DNA from: Shigella phage SHSML-52-1
Strand: one strand, 5' to 3'
Sequence record: KX130865
Length of the DNA: 64,000 nt
Part shown: piece by piece, positions 50,083 through 59,720 of the stretch
Numbering within the stretch: the first letter of the stretch is position 1
Layout: each line of letters starts with the position of its first letter
Made by a program: the position numbers and the translations under genes
Notes under the pieces: model-generated
Database searches by the model: none
What the model saw: only the letters and a program-made list of their open reading frames with translations
Told to the model about the DNA's origin: nothing

Positions 50083-50495
50083 TGAGATATAGCCTTCGTT
50101 GTTTTATCGCAGCTTTAGTTTTTGCTATTATTCCATTCATTTGGAACAGCCAGAATACTTACATGGAAACTAAAGTAATTCCTGTGGAGGTAGTGGAATT
50201 AATTTCGGGTCAATCTACAGGAAAATATTCTAAATTAGAATTTATTGCAGTCTATAAAGACGAGCAAGGACGAGTTTTTGACAGGCGTGTATCACCGTCG
50301 TTTTATACGCTTCTGAATAAAGGTGATACGATAGCTATAGAAATTCGTGAGATGGATATCAAACAAACTACTAAAGATAACTTGATTTGGTTCTTTGGTA
50401 CAGTGTTGTTGGTTTCTATCTGTATCACAGGTTTTATTACATGTATTGTATTTGGCATTGCATATTTAATCGATGAAAGGAAAAATAATGTTTAA
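50082..50495 (+). CDS. membrane protein (N- and C-terminal TM helices)
   Basis: 137 aa; hydrophobic segments at both ends. Confidence 0.5.
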   Translation: MRYSLRCFIAALVFAIIPFIWNSQNTYMETKVIPVEVVELISGQSTGKYSKLEFIAVYKDEQGRVFDRRVSPSFYTLLNKGDTIAIEIREMDIKQTTKDNLIWFFGTVLLVSICITGFITCIVFGIAYLIDERKNNV

Positions 50496-50751
50496 AGTGT
50501 ACGGGTATGACTCTACTATTCATAAATGCATTTATTGTGATAATGCGAAACGATTGCTGACTGTTAAGAAACAGCCATTCGAATTCATTAATGTTATGCC
50601 AGAGAAAGGTGTATTTGATGAAGAAAAAATTGACGAGCTTCTGAATAAACTAGGACGTGAATCACAAGTTGGATTGACTATGCCTCAAGTGTTTGCTCCT
50701 GACGGAAGTCACATTGGTGGATTTGACCAACTGCGAGAATATTTTAAATGA
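50488..50751 (+). CDS. nrdC: thioredoxin/glutaredoxin NrdC
   Basis: 87 aa beginning MFKVYGYDSTIHKCIYCDNAKRLL (CxxC), near-identical to T4 NrdC. Confidence 0.92.
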   Translation: MFKVYGYDSTIHKCIYCDNAKRLLTVKKQPFEFINVMPEKGVFDEEKIDELLNKLGRESQVGLTMPQVFAPDGSHIGGFDQLREYFK

Positions 50752-51044
50752 GTATTGATTTAACTTTCCCGGGCCCTTATGATCAGGGCGAATTAGAAGC
50801 TTTGTTATATCAAGAAATGTGTTCTCGTGCTAAGAACGATATCCAATATGCTATCGATAATCCATGGGGTGAATTTCGTATATTAATGGGTAATCGAATC
50901 ATAGGTGTTCAATGGCGATTCGTTGGTCTTGAACCTGAAGACTACGAAGAAAACGAGCACGGTGACTGGATTCCTGTTGGTGAATATCACTGGAAATACG
51001 GTGGTCCTGATTTCGAAGTTTCCTATGCCTGGGTAGAACAATAA
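50748..51044 (+). CDS. hypothetical protein
   Basis: 98 aa; ATGA overlap with nrdC. Confidence 0.5.
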   Translation: MSIDLTFPGPYDQGELEALLYQEMCSRAKNDIQYAIDNPWGEFRILMGNRIIGVQWRFVGLEPEDYEENEHGDWIPVGEYHWKYGGPDFEVSYAWVEQ

Positions 51045-51062
51045 ACTGCGAGAATATTTTAA

Positions 51063-51419
51063 ATGACATATTCATTAAATCTTAAAGATTTCCAAGATGC
51101 ATACGAAGTTTGTGTATCAGAGCTTGGTCCTGATGCTCCAACTATTATTGAAGTTTTAAATGTGCTTCCTTCATCATTAGCTTACGAAGCCAAATCATGG
51201 GGTTGGAACGACACTGTCGTTCGTGATGACCTTTACGTCCTGATGAACGATATGATGGTTAAAAAGGCAGAACCGGTTGCACCAATGGTTACCATTACCG
51301 TTGAAGAATATAATCGCCTGCAAGCCATTGAAGAGCTTCTGTGGAACATTGAATGTGACCTGCCGTCAGGGCTAGAATCCTGGATTGATTATGAAGAGCT
51401 CAATAAACTCCGGGGTTAA
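51063..51419 (+). CDS. hypothetical protein
   Basis: 118 aa ORF. Confidence 0.5.
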   Translation: MTYSLNLKDFQDAYEVCVSELGPDAPTIIEVLNVLPSSLAYEAKSWGWNDTVVRDDLYVLMNDMMVKKAEPVAPMVTITVEEYNRLQAIEELLWNIECDLPSGLESWIDYEELNKLRG

Positions 51420-51547
51420 ACCGTGGTATTCTGCTCGATGGGAGACTGTCGAGCCAGACGTCGAAACAGTTTACAACGACGAAGAACCATGTTATGATGA
51501 ACCTTCAATAAATGAATTAATCGATATGGAAATGGGAAGAGATTATT

Positions 51548-51718
51548 ATGCAAGTTAAATTATTGTACCGTTTATTAAAAAATGGCAAGCGTGATTGGTA
51601 TTTGCTTATTAAAACCGATCCGAATTTTTTCTCTGGACAACCATTTACAGTTCGTCCTACTAAACGTCAGCTTCGCAAATCTAAACGTTCTCATCGTAAC
51701 TTTTATAACATTTACTAA
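51548..51718 (+). CDS. hypothetical small basic protein (56 aa)
   Basis: ATG 51548 preceded by GGGAAGAG; below the ORF track threshold. Confidence 0.35.
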   Translation: MQVKLLYRLLKNGKRDWYLLIKTDPNFFSGQPFTVRPTKRQLRKSKRSHRNFYNIY

Positions 51719-51720
51719 AT

Positions 51721-51728
51721 TATAAATA
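51721..51728 (+). promoter_or_regulatory. T4-type late promoter TATAAATA (gene 49)
   Basis: Exact TATAAATA 30 nt upstream of the gene 49 ATG; ACCCTTA/TAAGGGT hairpin arms follow. Confidence 0.6.
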
Positions 51729-51757
51729 CCCTTATCTATTTAAGGTAAGGGTTTATC

Positions 51758-52232
51758 ATGTTATTATCAGGCGCAAAATATAAAGAAGAAAAAACAAAAA
51801 TTTTATGATGCACAGAACGGTAAGTGTCCTATTTGCCACCGTGAATTAGACCCTGATGTTCAAGGTAACCATCTTGACCACGACCATGAATTAAACGGGC
51901 CAAAAGCTGGTAAGGTTCGTGGTTTACTATGTAACCTGTGCAATGCAGCAGAAGGTCAAATGAAGCATAAGTTCAACCGTTCTGGTCTTAAAGGTCAAAA
52001 TGTTGATTACCTCGAATGGCTTGAAGCTCTTCTTGCTTATTTGAAACAAGATTATTCTGATAATAATATCCATCCTAATTTTGTTCCAGACAAAACTAAA
52101 GAGTTCTCAAGACTAGGTAAAGAGGAAATGATGACCGAGATGCTTCAAAGAGGATTTGAATATAATGAATCTGATACTAAAACACAATTAATAGCTTCAT
52201 TCAAAAAGCAGCTTAGAAAGAGTTTAAAATGA
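51758..52232 (+). CDS. 49: endonuclease VII (gene 49), interrupted by a frameshift in an A6 run
   Basis: ATG 51758 gives MLLSGAKYKEEKTKIL then TGA at 51806; the other frame continues ...QKFYDAQNGKCPICHRELDPDVQGNHLDHDHELNGPKAGKVRGLLCNLCNAAEG... to 52232, matching T4 gp49; removing one A from 51789-51794 restores a 157-aa ORF. Confidence 0.6.
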
Positions 52233-52766
52233 AAATTGAAAAAGAAATTGAAGGATTAATTCATAAAACTAATAAAGACCTTTTAAACGAGAATGCTAAT
52301 AAAGATTCTCGTGTTTTTCCAACTCAACGGGACCTTATGGCTGGTATTGTGTCTAAGCACATTGCCAAAAATATGGTCCCGTCTTTTATTATGAATGCGC
52401 ATGAAAGTGGAATTATCCACATGCATGATATTGATTATTCTCCTGCTCTTCCGTTTACTAATTGTTGTTTAGTCGATTTAAAGGGGATGCTTGAGAATGG
52501 ATTTAAATTAGGCAATGCTCAAATTGAAACGCCTAAATCTATTGGCGTTGCTACTGCAATTATGGCACAAATTACTGCACAAGTTGCTTCGCATCAATAC
52601 GGCGGAACGACTTTTGCTAATGTAGATAAAGTACTTTCTCCTTATGTTAAACGCACCTATGCAAAACATATTGAGGATGCAGAAAAATGGCAAATCGCTG
52701 ATGCGTTGAATTATGCTCAATCTAAAACAGAAAAAGATGTCTATGACGCATTCCAGGCGTATGAGT
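52229..52766 (+). CDS. nrdD: anaerobic ribonucleotide reductase NrdD, exon 1
   Basis: Begins MKIEKEIEGLIHKTNKDLLNENANKD, near-identical to T4 NrdD; reading frame breaks after ...DAFQAYE. Confidence 0.9.
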
Positions 52767-52977
52767 TAATTTAATTCAGGCTCATGTAAAACCGGTCTAA
52801 ACGGGGAACCTCTCTAGTAGACAATCCCGTGCTAAATGTTCTTTTGAACTAAATGCCTAACGACTAACCGTGATGAATGTAGCGGTGTAGAATAGAAGCT
52901 AATGCTATTCGAAACGGCCGGCATCGAAAGATGAAGATATAGTCTAATCTGCATGGCGACATGCAGCAGTCATCTTG

Positions 52978-52985
52978 TATAAATA
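52978..52985 (+). promoter_or_regulatory. T4-type late promoter TATAAATA upstream of I-TevII
   Basis: Exact TATAAATA 30 nt upstream of the I-TevII ATG, inside the intron. Confidence 0.55.
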
Positions 52986-53014
52986 AGATTATCTTATGAA
53001 TACGAGGTGAAACA

Positions 53015-53785
53015 ATGAAATGGATAAAAAGACGTTGTACTAAAATAAAAGATAAAGACGCATTTACATACTTAGTTAAGTTTTCTAATGGTGACATTTA
53101 TATCGGTTATAAAAAATTTAGAACAATTAAAAACAAGCCCACAAACTGGAAAACTTACACAACGTCATCTAAGTATATAAATGAACGCTTAAAAACTGAT
53201 ACACCTACTAAATGGATAATTTTAAAAACATTTGATAGTTATAAAGATGCATTAAAACATGAAGAAGAGGTCATACGTAAATATTTTTATAGCAAAAAAT
53301 GTTTAAATAAATCCATAGGCGGTAAAAAGTTTTATAAGCATCCGGATACTGAAGAACATATTCAAAAATTAAGAGATGCTCATAAGGGTAAAGTGTTATC
53401 CGAATCTCATAAAAACAGTATAAAATCTTCTGTAGCTGAATATTATGCTAAAAACGGAAGATCTAAGGAACATGTGCAAAATAATATCAATAGTCGAAAA
53501 AGTAAAAAACAAGTATCGATAAAGCTTAAAAATAAAACTTTTAGAAGTTTTAAAAAAGCAGCGGAATATTTAAATTGCACTGAAAGTGAAGTCGAAACTC
53601 ATCCTCTTGTTTTGAGTATTAAGACTACTATTCATAAAGTTCCTGAATATGTGGTTGTTGACGGTATTAAGTATACGTCTTATATAGAAGCAGCTAAAGC
53701 GCTAAATTTTCATCCTAGCACTATAAAAGAACGTTGCATATCTATGGACTATCCAAATTTTGTTGTTTCATATAAACGGGCATGA
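53015..53785 (+). CDS. I-TevII: intron-encoded GIY-YIG homing endonuclease I-TevII
   Basis: 256 aa inside the nrdD intron; N-terminal GDIYIGYKKF...KHEEEVIRKY is GIY-YIG-like; size and position as T4 I-TevII. Confidence 0.85.
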   Translation: MKWIKRRCTKIKDKDAFTYLVKFSNGDIYIGYKKFRTIKNKPTNWKTYTTSSKYINERLKTDTPTKWIILKTFDSYKDALKHEEEVIRKYFYSKKCLNKSIGGKKFYKHPDTEEHIQKLRDAHKGKVLSESHKNSIKSSVAEYYAKNGRSKEHVQNNINSRKSKKQVSIKLKNKTFRSFKKAAEYLNCTESEVETHPLVLSIKTTIHKVPEYVVVDGIKYTSYIEAAKALNFHPSTIKERCISMDYPNFVVSYKRA

Positions 53786-53811
53786 ATTTGCGACTCATGC
53801 TGAATATAATG

Positions 53812-55091
53812 ATGAAGTAAATACACTTTTCAGCTCTAATGGACAAACGCCTTTTGTAACAATTACATTTGGTACAGGAACTGACTGGACTGAACGAATG
53901 ATTCAGAAAGCAATTCTGAAAAATCGTATTAAAGGTCTTGGTCGTGATGGGATAACTCCTATTTTCCCTAAGCTTGTTATGTTCGTTGAAGAAGGTGTTA
54001 ATCTTTATAAAGACGATCCGAACTATGATATTAAACAGCTTGCTTTAGAGTGCGCAAGCAAAAGAATGTATCCTGATATTATTTCAGCTAAGAACAATAA
54101 AGCTATCACCGGTTCATCTGTTCCTGTTTCTCCAATGGGTTGCCGTAGTTTCTTGAGCGTATGGAAAGATTCGACTGGTAATGAAATTCTTGATGGACGT
54201 AATAATCTTGGTGTTGTAACACTGAATCTTCCTCGCATCGCGTTAGATTCTTATATTGGAACACAGTTCAATGAACAGAAATTTGTTGAGCTATTTAATG
54301 AACGAATGGATTTATGTTTTGAAGCTTTGATGTGTAGAATTAGTTCCTTAAAAGGAGTTAAAGCGACTGTTGCTCCTATTCTTTACCAAGAAGGTGCATT
54401 CGGGGTTCGTCTTAAACCTGATGACGACGTAATTGAGTTATTTAAAAACGGTAGAAGTTCAGTGTCTTTAGGATACATTGGTATTCATGAATTGAATATT
54501 CTTGTCGGTCGTGATATTGGACAAGAAATTTTAACTAAAATGAATGCTCATCTTAAACAGTGGACTGAAAGAACTGGATTTGCTTTTAGTTTATATTCTA
54601 CTCCTGCTGAAAACCTTTGTTATCGCTTCTGTAAACTTGATACAGAAAAATATGGAAGTGTAAAAGATGTTACCGATAAAGGCTGGTACACTAACAGTTT
54701 CCATGTTTCAGTAGAAGAAAATATTACTCCATTTGAAAAGATTTCTCGTGAAGCGCCATATCATTTCATTGCGACAGGTGGTCACATTTCTTATGTTGAA
54801 CTTCCAGATATGAAAAACAATTTAAAGGGACTTGAGGCTGTCTGGGATTATGCTGCACAACATTTAGATTATTTTGGTGTTAATATGCCAGTAGATAAAT
54901 GTTTTACATGCGGAAGTACTCATGAAATGACTCCTACTGAAAATGGATTTGTTTGTTCTATTTGTGGAGAAACTGATCCTAAAAAGATGAACACAATAAG
55001 AAGAACGTGCGGTTATTTGGGAAACCCGAACGAACGCGGATTTAATCTCGGTAAAAATAAAGAAATCATGCATAGGGTTAAACACCAATGA
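53812..55091 (+). CDS. nrdD: anaerobic ribonucleotide reductase NrdD, exon 2
   Basis: Continues YEVNTLFSSNGQTPFV... to the Cys-cluster/glycyl-radical C-terminus (CFTCGSTHEMTPTENGFVCSICG...RTCGYLG); exons sum to 605 codons. Confidence 0.9.
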
Positions 55092-55558
55092 ATTATGATA
55101 GATTTTATCCTTGCGATTTTGTGAATGGCCCTGGTTGCAGGGTCGTTCTTTTCGTTACGGGTTGTTTGCATAAATGCGAAGGGTGTTATAATAAATCAAC
55201 ATGGAATGCTAGAAATGGTGCTCCATTCACTGGAGAGACACTAGAACAATTAATTGAATGCTTGAATAATGATTATATAGAAGGATTGACTATAACCGGA
55301 GGTGACCCTCTCTATCCTGATAACAGAGATGTGATTCACTCTGTGGTTCAAACTATTAAAAATCTTTATCCCAATAAAAGCATTTGGTTGTGGACAGGAT
55401 ATAATTTTGAAGATATTAAACAACTAGAAATGCTTAAATATGTTGACGTTATTATTGATGGGAAGTATGAGAAAAATCTTCCGACCAAAAAACTGTGGCG
55501 AGGATCAGACAATCAGCGACTTTGGACAAATACCGATGGGGTGTGGAAACATGATTAA
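55088..55558 (+). CDS. nrdG: anaerobic RNR activating enzyme NrdG (radical SAM)
   Basis: 156 aa beginning MNYDRFYPCDFVNGPGCRVVLFVTGCLHKCEGCYN; ATGA overlap with nrdD. Confidence 0.92.
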   Translation: MNYDRFYPCDFVNGPGCRVVLFVTGCLHKCEGCYNKSTWNARNGAPFTGETLEQLIECLNNDYIEGLTITGGDPLYPDNRDVIHSVVQTIKNLYPNKSIWLWTGYNFEDIKQLEMLKYVDVIIDGKYEKNLPTKKLWRGSDNQRLWTNTDGVWKHD

Positions 55559-55672
55559 ATTGAATTATATTATGGATACTATAAATGATATGATTTTTCA
55601 TTTTGGTCCAGAATTTTATTCCCAATATAGTTTAGTGCTTATCAATGCTTGGTTAATCAATTAAGGGTAAAT

Positions 55673-55888
55673 ATGTATAAATTTCGTAAAGGTTTAGCTG
55701 ATTTTCTTACAACTGTAACATTCTTTCTGTTTATGGCAGTTGGAGCTATTTTTCTTATTCCTTTTACTGGTGTATTTTTCGTGATTAGTTTAATTTCTCC
55801 GGAAAAGGGTTTATCTTCCAGCGAATTCAACGAACGTTTGGACAAAATTACTAATAAACTGAATTCTGTTCTTGATAAAAAGGCTTAA
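55673..55888 (+). CDS. small membrane protein
   Basis: 71 aa from ATG 55673; hydrophobic core FLTTVTFFLFMAVGAIFLIPFTGVFFVISLI. Confidence 0.5.
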   Translation: MYKFRKGLADFLTTVTFFLFMAVGAIFLIPFTGVFFVISLISPEKGLSSSEFNERLDKITNKLNSVLDKKA

Positions 55889-55890
55889 TT

Positions 55891-56208
55891 ATGATTAGTT
55901 TTGAGCGGTATGTGGTAGAGAGTTGGAACGGTTTTGATATGTTCGGTAATGACTATTATTTTTACGAATGTAGTCTAAATCCTAGTTTTTGGGCCGGGCG
56001 TGAACGAGATCTCGAAGAAATTAATGCTCGTGCCGAATTGTTAGGTGAACTACCTACAGTTTATTTTACCTTTGATGAGTCTGGATTTGTTATCCAGGTT
56101 TATTTTCCTGAAGAAAACTCTGGCGAGGATTCTGTTAATCCTCCTTATTGGGCTTACCAAGGAATTATTTCTCGTGGAACAAAACTCGAACTTAAAGAAC
56201 AAGATTGA
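55891..56208 (+). CDS. hypothetical protein
   Basis: 105 aa ORF. Confidence 0.5.
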   Translation: MISFERYVVESWNGFDMFGNDYYFYECSLNPSFWAGRERDLEEINARAELLGELPTVYFTFDESGFVIQVYFPEENSGEDSVNPPYWAYQGIISRGTKLELKEQD

Positions 56209-56497
56209 AATTTATGGCATCCCTGAAGAAGTAGGACGTTGTCCAGGATGTTATACTGTTACAAAACTTTTAAAGGAGCTCAATGCTCCTTATACATTTT
56301 ATAAAGTCCTCACTAATAATGGTAAGATTGAATATGACCGTCCTTTAATCGTATCTCTTGCTAAACGTGCAGGATTCACTTCACTTAATATTCGTTATCC
56401 TGTCATATTTTTAAATGATAAGAAACAAAAGAATATTGCAGAGTTTAAAAAGTCCTTGATTTCATTAGGATACGACTCTGATATCATAGAAGATTGA
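56174..56497 (+). CDS. glutaredoxin/NrdH-like redoxin; start uncertain
   Basis: C-terminal ~90 aa KIEIYGIPEEVGRCPGCYTVTKLL... has a CPGC redox motif; no ATG available, GTG 56174 proposed; overlaps upstream ORF by 35 nt. Confidence 0.45.
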   Translation: MEQNSNLKNKIEIYGIPEEVGRCPGCYTVTKLLKELNAPYTFYKVLTNNGKIEYDRPLIVSLAKRAGFTSLNIRYPVIFLNDKKQKNIAEFKKSLISLGYDSDIIED

Positions 56498-56520
56498 CCA
56501 GGTGCCGCCTGGTCTTCTTT
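56496..56520 (+). terminator. intrinsic terminator
   Basis: GACCAGG-TGCCG-CCTGGTC followed by TTCTTT, starting at the stop codon. Confidence 0.6.
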
Positions 56521-56605
56521 ATCCCATTTCTAATATAATCTATTGGAATCCTCACTTCACTATCTCCTTGTGCCCCTCTCAAATCAAAAATATTTTCATA
56601 AAACA

Positions 56606-56634
56606 GTTTACATCCTCAATAGTTGTGTTAAGAT
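56606..56634 (+). promoter_or_regulatory. early promoter (-35 GTTTAC, -10 TAAGAT)
   Basis: GTTTAC 56606-56611, 17-nt spacer, TAAGAT 56629-56634. Confidence 0.45.
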
Positions 56635-56662
56635 TAAACCATCTACTATAGAGGAAAATAAA

Positions 56663-56911
56663 ATGATTAGTTTAGATTCAAAGAAAGTTGTTCTAACCCT
56701 TAAAGTTAATGACGAGCGTCCGGTATTCGTTACCATTTCCGATTTGCATGTTGAAATTGCTAATGGTGTTCGTACTTATCAAGCAAATAAAACTCATTGG
56801 GACTATATCCCAATGTTGACGCTTACTCAGCGTTTAGAATCAATCGGTCTTAAAGACCTTTCAGTAAGTGAAGTGAATTTTATCAAACGCATTGTATCAA
56901 TCAACCTCTGA
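56663..56911 (+). CDS. hypothetical protein
   Basis: 82 aa from ATG 56663 (GAGGAAAA SD). Confidence 0.5.
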   Translation: MISLDSKKVVLTLKVNDERPVFVTISDLHVEIANGVRTYQANKTHWDYIPMLTLTQRLESIGLKDLSVSEVNFIKRIVSINL

Positions 56912-56918
56912 GGTACTT

Positions 56919-57212
56919 ATGGGTAAAACGTATCGTCGTAAAGATTTGAAAGTTCGTGATTACGACTATTTTGGTAAACGTAAAGCTCCTGACGGTGTTA
57001 GCCACAAAGACATGGTTGAAAACATTTTCCGCTCAGATAAATGGAAACGTATGAAAGGCGTTGATTCTGAAGTCAAGAATGAAATGAATCGACAACTCCG
57101 CAAAGAAGTTCGTAAGTTGAAAAAAGATGTTTACAGTAAAGAAGAGTATGATTATAATACTTCTCATACTGAAGCCAAACGTAAAGCTAACGAATGTTAC
57201 CGTTACAGTTGA
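56919..57212 (+). CDS. highly basic small protein (possible nucleic acid binding)
   Basis: 97 aa from ATG 56919; Lys/Arg-rich. Confidence 0.5.
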   Translation: MGKTYRRKDLKVRDYDYFGKRKAPDGVSHKDMVENIFRSDKWKRMKGVDSEVKNEMNRQLRKEVRKLKKDVYSKEEYDYNTSHTEAKRKANECYRYS

Positions 57213-57219
57213 GGAAATT

Positions 57220-57354
57220 ATGAATATCAAACGAATGCTTTTTAAGCAGGGATTATATACTTTAAATGTTAATCCAAAGGGTGATACAACTAAATGGTCT
57301 GTAAATGACTGGATTAAGTTCATCGATGAAAATGGGGCGTGGAACACAAAATGA
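57220..57354 (+). CDS. hypothetical small protein (44 aa)
   Basis: ATG 57220 with GAGGAA SD. Confidence 0.35.
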   Translation: MNIKRMLFKQGLYTLNVNPKGDTTKWSVNDWIKFIDENGAWNTK

Positions 57355-57551
57355 ATCCTGAAAATATTGTGTCATGGCAACTTCGTGAAGAACGAGCCGA
57401 ATTCTTTGCCAACATGAAACTCAATGGTGTTGAGGACGAAGACTTCTTACGCTGGTTCTGGATTTACAAATACAAAGAATGCCAGCACGCTGTACTACTG
57501 ACTTGTGCAGTTATGTACGAAGGCTGGAAAGGCGCTAAAAAGTTCGGTTAA
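57351..57551 (+). CDS. hypothetical protein
   Basis: 66 aa; ATGA overlap. Confidence 0.45.
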   Translation: MNPENIVSWQLREERAEFFANMKLNGVEDEDFLRWFWIYKYKECQHAVLLTCAVMYEGWKGAKKFG

Positions 57552-57614
57552 TAATGTACAACGATAGGAAGACATGTTATTATCTTCCTATCGTCTTAAA
57601 ATTAGGAAAATATC

Positions 57615-57854
57615 ATGGCCCAAGAATTAGATTTTATCAAATTCAAAAAACACCTCGACGTTAAAATTGGGGATTCAAATGTTAGGATTGAGTATGACAT
57701 TTTAACAGATGCTATTACTGTTAGTTGTGATGGAAATAGTTTCAGCTTCGATACAACCGAAAACAAATACCCAATCTATAAAGGCATCTTTGATATGGGT
57801 GTTGATATTACTCCACGTGATACAAATTACTTACTTTTCATGCTTAAAAAATAA
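57615..57854 (+). CDS. hypothetical protein
   Basis: 79 aa; AGGAAAA SD. Confidence 0.5.
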   Translation: MAQELDFIKFKKHLDVKIGDSNVRIEYDILTDAITVSCDGNSFSFDTTENKYPIYKGIFDMGVDITPRDTNYLLFMLKK

Positions 57855-57890
57855 TATACAAACTCTTGAGAGATGAGTATAATTCTCTCG
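57854..57890 (+). promoter_or_regulatory. early promoter cassette (near-duplicate of 27263 cassette)
   Basis: ACAAACTCTTGAGAG...GAGTATAAT...CTCTC shared with 27266-27298; -10 TATAAT 57878-57883. Confidence 0.55.
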
Positions 57891-57920
57891 TTGGATAATA
57901 AAATAACCGAGGAAAATAAT

Positions 57921-58253
57921 ATGTCTACTAAAATCAAAAACGTAGTTAATTCTTTCGCTTTCGATAAAGTTGTTGCTCTTCTGGAATCTGGCAATATTGT
58001 TACTCCTCAAGTTCTTGACGCATGGGAATTCCGTCTTTATGAAATCATGCAAAAACACGACCAGAAAATTGGACGTAATTCTATTCGTGAAATTCTAGTA
58101 CAATATATTCTTTCTGAATTTGACGTTGCTGCGTTTGGCGTTGAATCTAAAGCTTATCAGAAACATGAAATCTCTGAAAAGACTATCCGTCGTATGAAAA
58201 ATCAACGTAAGAAAAAATTCGTTGACCTGAAAATTGTTAAGGCGGTAAAATGA
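57921..58253 (+). CDS. hypothetical protein
   Basis: 110 aa from ATG 57921 (GAGGAAAA SD). Confidence 0.5.
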   Translation: MSTKIKNVVNSFAFDKVVALLESGNIVTPQVLDAWEFRLYEIMQKHDQKIGRNSIREILVQYILSEFDVAAFGVESKAYQKHEISEKTIRRMKNQRKKKFVDLKIVKAVK

Positions 58254-58477
58254 GCGTATTAACAGAAACTTTGATTAATGACCTGCGTCTAGCTGGTTAC
58301 GAAGTTGGTACAAATAGCCTAGGTCTTCCTCAGATTGAAGGTCCTGGATTTATTCTTGAATACGAATTCAAACGATGGTGGTTATATGCTACGGTTGACG
58401 ATGCGTTGAATATTGATTTTGTTGACCAATTTGATTCGTTGGATGCTGCCTTATTTGCAGCAAAGGAAATAGAATGA
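58250..58477 (+). CDS. hypothetical protein
   Basis: 75 aa; ATGA overlap. Confidence 0.5.
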   Translation: MSVLTETLINDLRLAGYEVGTNSLGLPQIEGPGFILEYEFKRWWLYATVDDALNIDFVDQFDSLDAALFAAKEIE

Positions 58478-58573
58478 AACTATCTCAAATCGCTATAACC
58501 GAAGAAAAGTTTGGTGAATTTTAAGTCGACGACTTTATAAAAGTTATGTATCTTTGATATTGATAGTATCTCG

Positions 58574-58597
58574 TGCTTTAAGATAGGTCTCTAAATA
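58574..58597 (+). promoter_or_regulatory. middle-promoter-like element (MotA box TGCTTTA + TAAATA) upstream of gene 55
   Basis: TGCTTTA 58574-58580, 11-nt spacer, TAAATA 58592-58597; a TATAAT at 58604-58609 sits inside the ATAGGTCT/AGACCTAT inverted repeat. Confidence 0.45.
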
Positions 58598-58638
58598 TTA
58601 TGATATAATAGACCTATGAATTGAGCCAAGAGGTACTT

Positions 58639-59196
58639 ATGACTGAACAAAAACCTAAAAATAACTATGTGAATAATAAAGAGCTTCTCGCCGCTATAAT
58701 CGAGTGGAAAAAGGAGCTCTTAAATAATAAAGACCCAAACAAAATTATTCGTCAGAATGATACCATCGGTTTAGCAATTATGCTTATCGCCGAAGGCCTG
58801 TCCAAACGTTTCAACTTTTCAGGATATACCCAGTCTTGGAAGCAGGAGATGATTGCAGATGGGATTGAAGCCTCTATTAAGGGACTTCATAATTTCGACG
58901 AAACTAAGTACAATAACCCACATGCATACATAACTCGAGCTTGTTTTAATGCTTTTGTCCAACGTATCAAAAAAGAACGTAAGGAAGTTGCAAAGAAATA
59001 TAGTTACTTCGTTCATAACGTCTACGACAGTCATGACGATGATATGGTAGCGTTGGTAGATGAAACGTTTATTCAAGACATCTACGATAAAATGACGCAT
59101 TATGAAGAATCCGCTTATAAAGCTCCTGGGGCTGAAAAGAAGGAAGTTGTTAGCGATTCGCCTAGTTTGGATTTTTTATATGAGGATGACAATTGA
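58639..59196 (+). CDS. 55: late sigma factor gp55
   Basis: 185 aa beginning [35 protein letters not shown], near-identical to T4 gp55. Confidence 0.92.
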   Translation: MTEQKPKNNYVNNKELLAAIIEWKKELLNNKDPNKIIRQNDTIGLAIMLIAEGLSKRFNFSGYTQSWKQEMIADGIEASIKGLHNFDETKYNNPHAYITRACFNAFVQRIKKERKEVAKKYSYFVHNVYDSHDDDMVALVDETFIQDIYDKMTHYEESAYKAPGAEKKEVVSDSPSLDFLYEDDN

Positions 59197-59395
59197 CATC
59201 TCTAACTACTTAGAAGAACCTTTTGACGAAGCAATCCCTTATTTGGTAAAACTGTTGGGTCGAGAATTTAAAATTAATTTTGACATCGACCCTTTGAACC
59301 CACATGACGTGTCATTTTCGATAAATGGGACTCCGGTTGAGTATGAGTTCTGTGTTGAAGAGGACGGACGTTTTTATTTTAATTTAATGAGATAA
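59186..59395 (+). CDS. hypothetical protein; start uncertain
   Basis: ORF overlapping the gp55 3' end; ATGs at 59180 and 59186. Confidence 0.4.
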   Translation: MTIDISNYLEEPFDEAIPYLVKLLGREFKINFDIDPLNPHDVSFSINGTPVEYEFCVEEDGRFYFNLMR

Positions 59396-59396
59396 T

Positions 59397-59720
59397 ATGA
59401 CTACCGAGATTATTGAAAATAAAGAAGCAGAAGATGCAGTAGCTAAAATGCTACAAGAAATCCAAAAGAAAAATGAAGCTGAAGCACGTAAAAAATCCGA
59501 AAAGATTCTTAAAAAGAATCGTTTTGAACTAAACCGTCTTTATGCTCATGCTCAAGAAGCAGCAATTCAAAACAACTTCGAAGCTTATGAATATGCTATT
59601 AAGAAATCTCGGGATATTCTACGACAACCATATAATGACAAGTTAATTAAAATCCAGTGGGTTACTACTCGTCAGGCTATTGAGGACATCATTAATGGCG
59701 CTAGTTCAAACAAAGTTTAA
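59397..59720 (+). CDS. hypothetical protein
   Basis: 107 aa helical, Lys/Glu-rich. Confidence 0.5.
   Translation: MTTEIIENKEAEDAVAKMLQEIQKKNEAEARKKSEKILKKNRFELNRLYAHAQEAAIQNNFEAYEYAIKKSRDILRQPYNDKLIKIQWVTTRQAIEDIINGASSNKV

Larger units (their letters stand above)
52767..53811 (+). mobile_element. group I self-splicing intron in nrdD (sunY-type) carrying a homing endonuclease ORF
   Basis: NrdD coding frame interrupted for about 1045 nt and resumes in frame; 5' exon ends in U (52766) and intron ends in G (53811); exact boundaries are inferred. Confidence 0.7.

Noticed and set aside
51419-51547. Possible +1 continuation of the 51063-51419 reading frame past its stop
   Set aside because: The +1 frame stays open for ~40 codons but has no start codon and no recognisable slippery site; more likely chance.
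55551-55664. 37-aa ORF immediately after nrdG (track lists it extended upstream to 55440)
   Set aside because: The upstream extension overlaps nrdG in another frame; the short form is possible but too small and unsupported to call.
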